In this document: one piece after another, positions 56,008 to 64,000 of the stretch | Position numbering within the stretch: the first letter of the stretch is position 1 | How the letters are laid out: each line of letters begins with the position of its first letter | Translations under genes and position numbers: made by a program | Notes under the pieces: model-generated | What the model was told of the DNA's origin: nothing | Seen by the model: only the letters and a program-made list of their open reading frames with translations | Database searches by the model: none | NCBI GenBank assembly: GCA_002269645.1 | Contig: NIVC01002259.1 | Location: forward strand, 1 to 64,000 | Direction: 5' to 3' | DNA length: 64,000 nucleotides | From: Macrostomum lignano | Lineage: Eukaryota

Positions 56008-57724
56008 CTAAAATTATACGAATATATAGATAGCTCTTTAAAATATAAGTTATAGTATCAACGAGGAGTTTCCGAGATTTCAGTTCAAGTTTAAAGGTGC
56101 TTGTTTTTCTGTACTTATGCACTCATTTATTAGACATATTTTGGTTCTCTCCCCGGCGGGGGGCTTAGTGGCTGGTCCACATATACTAAATCTGTAAACT
56201 TTGTCTATATCAGTACAGGTCTTCTTTATGCTAGTCCATAGAATCTTGAAACTGTCTGATCGTGTTCTAAATGTCGTTCCTTTAGTGAGGGAGCGTGTCA
56301 AATTAAATTAAAGCCGGAAAATAGGACTGTCCTCTAATAGTGCTTTGTATGCGTAGCGAGGAAATCTGCTTAGGGTATATTTTGTATCTCGCACTCTCCA
56401 GCAGCACCAAGCAACTATGAGCTGCGTAATGCCAGCTGGCTCAATGGGAGCGATGCAGAGAATATCTGGCCGCATAGGCATGTCCAGGGGAAACGCTTTT
56501 GAGTTGTTAGGACAATTTTCCTGTCAATCAATCAGGCTAGTAGTTGTTTCGAATTCTCCCGTATATCAAATTTCATGTCCGGTCTTGTTTCCAACGGTTG
56601 TCCCCCACCCCCAATACATCAAATATTCGTATAGTGGAAGCGCCAGACTTCAATGCACTTCCTTGATTTGAAGGGATGGGAAACTATTTTTCGCTAATAC
56701 TTATTTAGAATCCCAGATTGAAGCCAGAATTTCCGTGACTGAAGTTGGAACGAGCGAATTCAATTGAAAAAACGGGGGGGAGTATAGAGAGAGGAAAGAA
56801 GGGAGGCTACTAATAAATATAGGCAGCAGCAGCTCCTAGCCCCAGGTAATGCTATGGGAGGATGTGAACTTGTCAATCAGCCGCAGCCCGCCCAGTGTCC
56901 GCACGCGAACACCTCGTCCAGAGAAGTCGTTCGGGATAAAAATCGGGTAAGGGAGTTGACTCTTGAAAAGTTAGGCCTCGATGTAGGGGGGGGGCTCTCT
57001 CCCTCCCCTCCAGTCCCACCCTAGGACTAATGAAACCCAATATACTATTCAGTAAAAAATGCTTTGGTCCAGATAGCAACGATAAAATAGATTTGAACGG
57101 TTATTGAGTCGCCACCGAGATTGCGGCCTCTGCTGGGCTTCCGGGATGCGCAGGTTACGAATGGGGGAATCGGGAGGCGGGGAAGCTGCCGCCGTGCTCA
57201 TATTTATTAATGATGTCCAGATGCCTTGAAATCCCAGCGGTGGAGGCTGAGGCTGACATAAAAAACTTACAACCCAAACCCCGCAAGCTCAAAAAACCCC
57301 TAGCCTCATCCCATTCCAGATTTTCTTTATCCCATCGCTTAATTCCCCTATCTCTTATTTATACATATATATTCTTCTATACGCGCGTACATACTTCGGA
57401 GTTATAGGTGTTCACCCGCAAGGCGTCTGTTGACACCCCATTCCGACTGTACTAGCGGCAACTTCAGTCATTCAAGCAGTAAAATTGTTGGGCCATAAAA
57501 ACTGGGTTTTTTTCGGGTTGATAATCTTCTGAGATGGGGTGTGCGTTTTTTCAGGAGCAGCTCTCTCGCTCCTGAATTGGAGAATTTTATGAGCTTCGCT
57601 TTTGCATGCTCAAACATCGTTTGGCTTGACTTGCTCATAGTGTTTTAATAATTCTGAGTGAATATAAAATTGCCACCTCACTACCATGGTATGTGGGATT
57701 GTGCATATGCTGTTTACTACATCC

Positions 57725-59520
57725 CAGTGTTTATCTCAGAGTCTCAGTGCTTATCTCAGTGTCTCAGTGTTTATCTCAGAGTCTCAGTGCTTATCTCAGT
57801 GTCTCGGTGTTTATCTCAGTGTCTCAGTGTTTATCTCAGTGTCTCGGTGCTTATCTCAGTGTCTCAATGTTTATCTCAGTGTCTCAGTGTTTATCTCAGT
57901 GTCTCAGTGTTTATCTCAGTGTCTCAATGTTTATCTCAGTGTCTCAGTGTTTATCTCAGTGTCTCAGTGTTTATATCAGTGTCTCAGTGTTTATCTCAGT
58001 GTCTCAGTGTTTATCTCAGTGTCTCAGTGTTTATATCAGTGTCTCAGTGTTTATATCAGTGTCTCAGTGCTTATCTCAGTGTCTCAGTGTTTATCTCAGA
58101 GTCTCAGTGCTTATCTCAGTGTCTCAGTGTTTATCTCAGTGTCTCAGTGTTTATCTCAGTGTCTCAGTGCTTATCTCAGTGTCTCAGTGTTTATCTCAGA
58201 GTCTCAGTGCTTATCTCAGTGTCTCAGTGTTTATCTCAGAGTCTCAGTGCTTATCTCAGTGTCTCAGTGTTTATCTCAGTGTCTCAGTGCTTATCTCAGT
58301 GTCTCAGTGTTTATCTCAGAGTCTCAGTGCTTATCTCAGTGTCTCAGTGTTTATCTCAGTGTCTCAGTGCTTATCTCAGAGTCTCAGTGTTTATCTTCGT
58401 GTCTCAGTGCTTATCTCAGTGTCTCAGTGTTTATCTCAGAGTCTCAGTGCTTATCTCAGTGTCTCAGTGTTTATATCAGTGTCTCAGTGCTTATCTCAGT
58501 GTCTGTGTTTATCTCAGAGTCTCAGTGCTTATCTCAGTGTCTCAGTGTTTATCTCAGTGTCTCAGTGCTTATCTCAGTGTCTGTGTTTATCTCAGAGTCT
58601 CAGTGCTTATCTCAGTGTCTCAGTGTTTATCTCAGTGTCTCAGTGCTTATCTCAGTGTCTGTGTTTATCTCAGAGTCTCAGTGCTTATCTCAGTGTCTCA
58701 GTGTTTATCTCAGTGTCTCTGTGTTTATCTCAGAGTCTCAGTGCTTATCTCAGTGTCTCAGTGTTTATATCAGTGTCTCAGTGTTTATCTCAGTGTCTCA
58801 GTGCTTATCTCAGTGTCTCAGTGCTTATCTCAGTGTCTCAGTGTTTATCTCAGTGTCTCAGTGTTTATCTCAGTGTCTCAGTGCTTATCTCAGAGTCTCA
58901 GTGTTTATCTCAGTGTCTCGGTGCTTATCTCAGTGTCTCAGTGTTTATCTCAGTGTCTCAGTGTTTATCTCAGAGTCTCAGTGCTTATCTCAGAGTCTCA
59001 GTGTTTATCTCAGTGTCTCAGTGTTTATCTCAGAGTCTCAGTGTTTATCTCAGTGTCTCGGTGTTTATCTCAGTGTCTCAGTGTTTATCTCAGTGTCTCG
59101 GTGCTTATCTCAGTGTCTCAGTGTTTATCTCAGTGTCTCAGTGTTTATCTCAGTGTCTCAGTGTTTATCTCAGTGTCTCGGTGCTTATCTCAGAGTCTCA
59201 GTGTTTATCTCAGTGTCTCGGTGCTTATCTCAGAGTCTCAGTGTTTATCTCAGTGTCTCGGTGCTTATCTCAGTGTCTCAGTGTTTATCTCAGAGTCTCA
59301 GTGCTTATCTCAGTGTCTCAGTGTTTATCTCAGAGTCTCGGTGCTTATTTCAGTGTCTCAGTGTTTATTTCAGAGTCTCGGTGCTTATCTCAGTGTCTCA
59401 GTGTTTATCTCAGAGTCTCGGTGCTTATTTCAGTGTCTCAGTGTTTATTTCAGAGTCTCGGTGCTTATTTCAGTGTCTTGGTGTTTATCTCAGTGTCTTG
59501 GTGTTATTCTTACTGTCTTA
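57725..59520 (+). repeat. 20-bp minisatellite (CTCAGTGTTTATCTCAGTGT), about 90 copies
   Basis: Direct tandem periodicity; explains the three 600-aa ORFs in the track. Confidence 0.97.
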
Positions 59521-61149
59521 GTGTTTACCTGGGTGTGTCTAGGTGTTGCACTATCACCCAAAAGACCACAAAAAACCCACTGAAAGTCAATACTCAGAGC
59601 TCCATTCGACCAAAAGAAGAATTGTCTGACAAAATTACACTGACTGGGCTTCTAAAGCAACATTAAGCTCAAAATTGCTAGCATATAGGTACAAATCCAA
59701 CGGAGGATGAAGCACACAGCGGATTATCCCATAATTATCCGTCCAGGTTAGAACGGGAGCGGCGCTTCAGCTCTGCTTATGTATAACAAAAAAGTCGTTA
59801 GAGTAAAAATAATACAGACAATTGTTAAGAGTTTTAGGTGGGCGTGGCTTGAAATCAGAAGTGGGTTGGTTGAAGCAGAACTTTGGTGACGCAGTTAATA
59901 ACTGGGTTTTTCTCCCAGAGAGAGAGACAGAATGCTCAATGGGTCCCGTTGAGCGGGGGTGAAAGTCTTGTGAAACAAAAAAATGTAAAACAAATTGAAA
60001 TTGCTGCAATAGTTAGTTAAAACCAAAAAAATTGTTAGCCTCTGGCTGAAACACACAATGGGTTTTTGGCTGAGGTAGTCGGGCCCGCACACACGCAAAT
60101 TTGGTCAACTGGGTACCTGCTGGTACCCTTAATAGACAAGGGGGGGCAGCTTTAGCAAGATCCACAGGATTATAGCGGTTGGAACAGACGAATGGGGGAT
60201 AAATACCGCCAGAAATATTCAAATTTGGAGTTTCCCGGCTTCTTTGCCTAATAATTTTATCTCATAAACCTGTTTTTTGTACAAAAAGAAACTGATTCGA
60301 TGTTTTTTTAAATAGTCATTATTTTATCTGGTTGCAAAAGAGACTGATTAGAGGGGAGATAGTAGATAGGAGTGAGTATAAATGAGAGAGTAGATGGGGT
60401 TAGAGTAGATAGAGGAGAGAGTTGAGGGCAGAGACGAGAGTAGGCAGGAGAGAATAGAAGGGGCGAGATTAGAGAGAGGAGAGAGTAGAAGGCAAAGGTG
60501 AACTCCGACCAGATCAGCTGACTTTGGAAGGCCGACCCACAAAACGGACGGGCCTGCAAGATCCAACAGGTAGCAGATCTGACAGGGCAGTCGCAAAGCT
60601 ACTTGGGAGGCTGGCCTGAACAAAAGACATCGCGCATTCCCTAAGAGCTCGCCTCCCATCGCGCTCCAGCGACTTGAGGTGTTGGGTGGAGTGGGAAAAA
60701 TCCAATATAGGATTGCAAAGATTCTCGCTACGCGGTTTCCCTTATCGAATGCTTGGATTTTTTACACAAAAAAGACGACTCGCTACTCAACCTCTTCAAA
60801 GTTGCTGCGCTTTTTTGCTGCTGCTGCTGCTGCTGCTTCTGAAAAGACAGCTGGGGTGGCGTCGGGGTAAAGGGACGCAAATCCGTTTTGAGAAGAAAGA
60901 AGCAGGCAAAGGCAGGGACAGGCGAAGGCTCCCCTCTCCAGCAAAGATCCCGGCAGTCACGCAATGGAAGGCAAAGCTAAAAACAGGGTGACGGGGGAGA
61001 TTTCCCAAACCGATTTCAAGCGGAAACAGTCGGATGTGCTGGTGTAGGCGGGCGAATCAAGGTACCAGTAAGTCTAACAGGCACAAAATTCTCGGTCATT
61101 TCTAAACTAAACTAAACAGATAGAGAACCCAGCGCATCAATGCGGACCA

Positions 61150-61370
61150 GAGGAGGGCAGAGAGGAGAGGGAATAGGGAAGAGAGATAGGAGAAAGGAGA
61201 GGCTAGGGAATTAAGGAGAAGAGGGGAGACGAGAGGAGAAAAGAGATGAATAGGAGAGGAGAGTAGAGGAGAGGAGAGTAGAGGAGAGGAGAGGAGAGGA
61301 GAGGAGAGGAGAGGAGAGGAGAGGAGAGGAGAGGAGAGGATATGAGATTAGACAGAAGAGAGCTGAGAAG
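61150..61370 (+). repeat. AG-rich tract with (GGAGA)n
   Basis: Direct inspection. Confidence 0.85.
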
Positions 61371-63109
61371 AGACACAAACCTCAAGCGGGCCGGATTACT
61401 ATTGTGAAATTTTAAAGGACCCGAGGGCCGGATAGATTCTCAAATCCTTCCAGGGTTTCCTCAGCAGCTTGGCTTAAGGGCCTTGGCGATTGCTCCTGCT
61501 ATTGAAAGCTGTCATGTTTATGATTATGAATAATATGAAAATTGGCATATTTGCCAGTTATTAACAAATACGCTTACCTCCTAATATAGGGAGAATGGTG
61601 CAGAATCCGAGAGAGCATGGCACTCAGCAGCAGTAGCAGTTGGAGAGGACCACTGTCGCAGTGCCGTCTCTCCACTTGATGGCGACAGGCAGCAGACTCC
61701 GAGCGTACCTCCTACAGACTCCCCGCCGACAAGAACCGACCCCCCCACAGAGCGAGAAGCAGTCAAAAGGGCGCCCTGGCGTCATCACCCCCCCCCCCCT
61801 GGTGTAGTCAGCCACTCTGTGCGCATTCTCCGCCATGGATGTCTAATACTCTAGAGATCTGGACCAGGAAACATGGGCTCTACTTGTAACTGTACCATTG
61901 TAATCGTATTTTGTAATCTGTAATTGTAATTGTACCATGGCCTTTTTTGCCTGGCCAGCTAAAACCTGTGCCTGTTAATAGCCATAGACGCATTAATGCT
62001 TGTTAATTACCTGGTAGAGAAAGCAGTTGACAATTAATTAGTTGATACAACAACGAACTGTCTATGGCCGAAGCCCCGTTTTAGGCCATTGACTGTCTAT
62101 TTAGAAATAGTCTATGGTTAGCGGGCAGGGGCTTCTCCCTCAGTCAAAGTGTCCATCTACGCCGCTCCAGATACTCTATCTAGAACTCCTGGCGCTCTCT
62201 GCAGCTGGCGCCTCTGATCAGCTCTACATTTCTCAGCATTATTTCCTGCCCACTCAGTGTCTGCCTGGCTGTCTCGTCTCTGTAGGTCCCTCGCTCCCAT
62301 ATACACATTTTGGGCTAAGGCTGGTAAAGCATACATGTAACGAGTATACGCACCCTAAATAGCATTTACAGAAACTTTCTCGGCTGGTTAAAAGCTTTGT
62401 CATTAAAAAAATCCAATTTAATTATGACTTTCCTTACTAAGTATATAGTGTATTAGAGTTATAGACTACTTTTTTGAGAATAGACAAGCATCAAATTCAG
62501 ACACCACAATTCGACTGTTGATAGCGGCCAATAATAAGCGCGTCATGCCCTGTCAGTTCCAGTTAAACGCTCACCCTACTTCTCAACTTTCAACTTCAAC
62601 AGCAGTCCTCCCCAATTATGCAATGTTGCCAAAAAACACACACAGTCAATTTCTCCTGCACTCTCCGCTCCACTTGTTCTCAACAATTGACTGTCAATTG
62701 TAATCTTGAGTTTTATAATATGCCATTGGAGCAGCGACAGGCCAAATAATATAAATGAAAAATCTGAGAACAAAAAAGGGGGCGGAGCCCTAAGCTGTGT
62801 TGTGTTATTCTTTTGCTGCGGAAACATGATCTATACTCACCTCTGCAGCTCAGAGTCTCATGGCCTATACGAGGCTATGGGAAGAATGAGAGAAAGGGGA
62901 AATTGCAGTGTGGTTTTGCAGGTGTGTTTTTTGGGGAGATTCGAGATTGGCTTCCCAGTTTTGTTCTGCGCATTCTGACAGATCTAACTGGTTTACTCGC
63001 TCTTCTGTCTGTTATACACTAACTCTATCAGATATGAAACTGTAACCTGCTGGTGTGCGTCATTATGCTTTTATCTATTTTCAATGCCCTGCTTTCTGCT
63101 TCCATTCTA

Positions 63110-64000
63110 ACTTCTCACTCTACTCAATCTAGCCGATCTACTTATACTCAATCTACTCAATCTACTCAATCTACTCAATCTACTCAATCTACTCAATCTA
63201 CTCAATCTACTCAATCTACTCATTCTACTCATTCTACTCAATCTACCCAATCTACTCAATATAGCCAATCTACTCAGTCTACTCAATCTACTCAATCTAC
63301 TCAATCTACTCAATCTACTCAATCTACTCATTCTACTCAATCTACCCAATCTACTCAATATAGCCAATCTACTCAGTCTACTCAATCTACTCAATCTACT
63401 CAATCTACTCAATCTACTCAATCTACTCAATCTACTCAATCTAGCCAATCTACTCAATCTACTCAATCTACTCAATCTACTCAATCTACTCAATCTAGCC
63501 GATCTACTTAATCTACTCAGTCTACTCAATCTAGCTAATCTACTCAATCTAGCCAATCTACTCAATCTAGCCAATCTACTCAATCTACTCAATCTACTTA
63601 TTCTACTTAATCAAGCTACTCAATCTACTCAATCTACTCAATCTAGCCAATCTACTCAATCTACTCAATCTACTCAATCTACTCAATCTACTCAATCTAC
63701 TCAATCTACTCATTCTACTCATTCTACTCAATCTACCCAATCTACTCAATATAGCCAATCTACTCAGTCTACTCAATCTACTCAATCTACTCAATCTACT
63801 CAATCTACTCAATCTACTCATTCTACTCAATCTACCCAATCTACTCAATATAGCCAATCTACTCAGTCTACTCAATCTACTCAATCTACTCAATCTACTC
63901 AATCTACTCAATCTACTCAATCTACTCAATCTACTCAATCTAGCCAATCTACTCAATCTACTCAATCTACTCAATCTACTCAATCTACTCAATCTAGCCG
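63110..64000 (+). repeat. 9-bp minisatellite (CTACTCAAT), running off the window end
   Basis: Direct tandem periodicity. Confidence 0.97.

Noticed and set aside
57658-59666. Three 610-660-aa ORFs
   Set aside because: They are translations of a 20-bp minisatellite that lacks stops in all plus frames; no domain content.

Overview
Eukaryotic (animal) genomic DNA. GC-rich exons full of poly-Ala/Gly/His runs and introns filled with unrelated minisatellites suggest a Macrostomum-like free-living flatworm; this is an inference, not a database match. The window contains five main things. (1) The 3' part of a Ty3/gypsy LTR retrotransposon (1-4671: RNase H, integrase, polypurine tract, 834-bp 3' LTR). 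Between pol and the LTR it carries an extra ORF encoding a J-domain (HPD), an acidic linker, an HP1-like chromodomain and a possible chromoshadow-like tail. This is the most unusual feature in the window. (2) A 3-exon TBC1D10-like RabGAP gene on the minus strand. (3) An AT-rich, strongly CpG-depleted block of decayed DNA transposons: a TIR element carrying a 3.2-kb satellite, a hAT-like remnant, a mariner killed only by nonsense transitions, and Helitron/DINE-1-like ends. (4) A 4-exon divergent Rab8-family gene on the plus strand. (5) A multi-exon aryl hydrocarbon receptor (AhR/spineless, bHLH-PAS) gene on the minus strand whose first coding exon I could not find. Almost all long ORFs in the supplied track are artefacts of tandem repeats. 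Exon boundaries were read by eye from GT-AG sites and phase continuity; repeat boundaries and dinucleotide counts are approximate.
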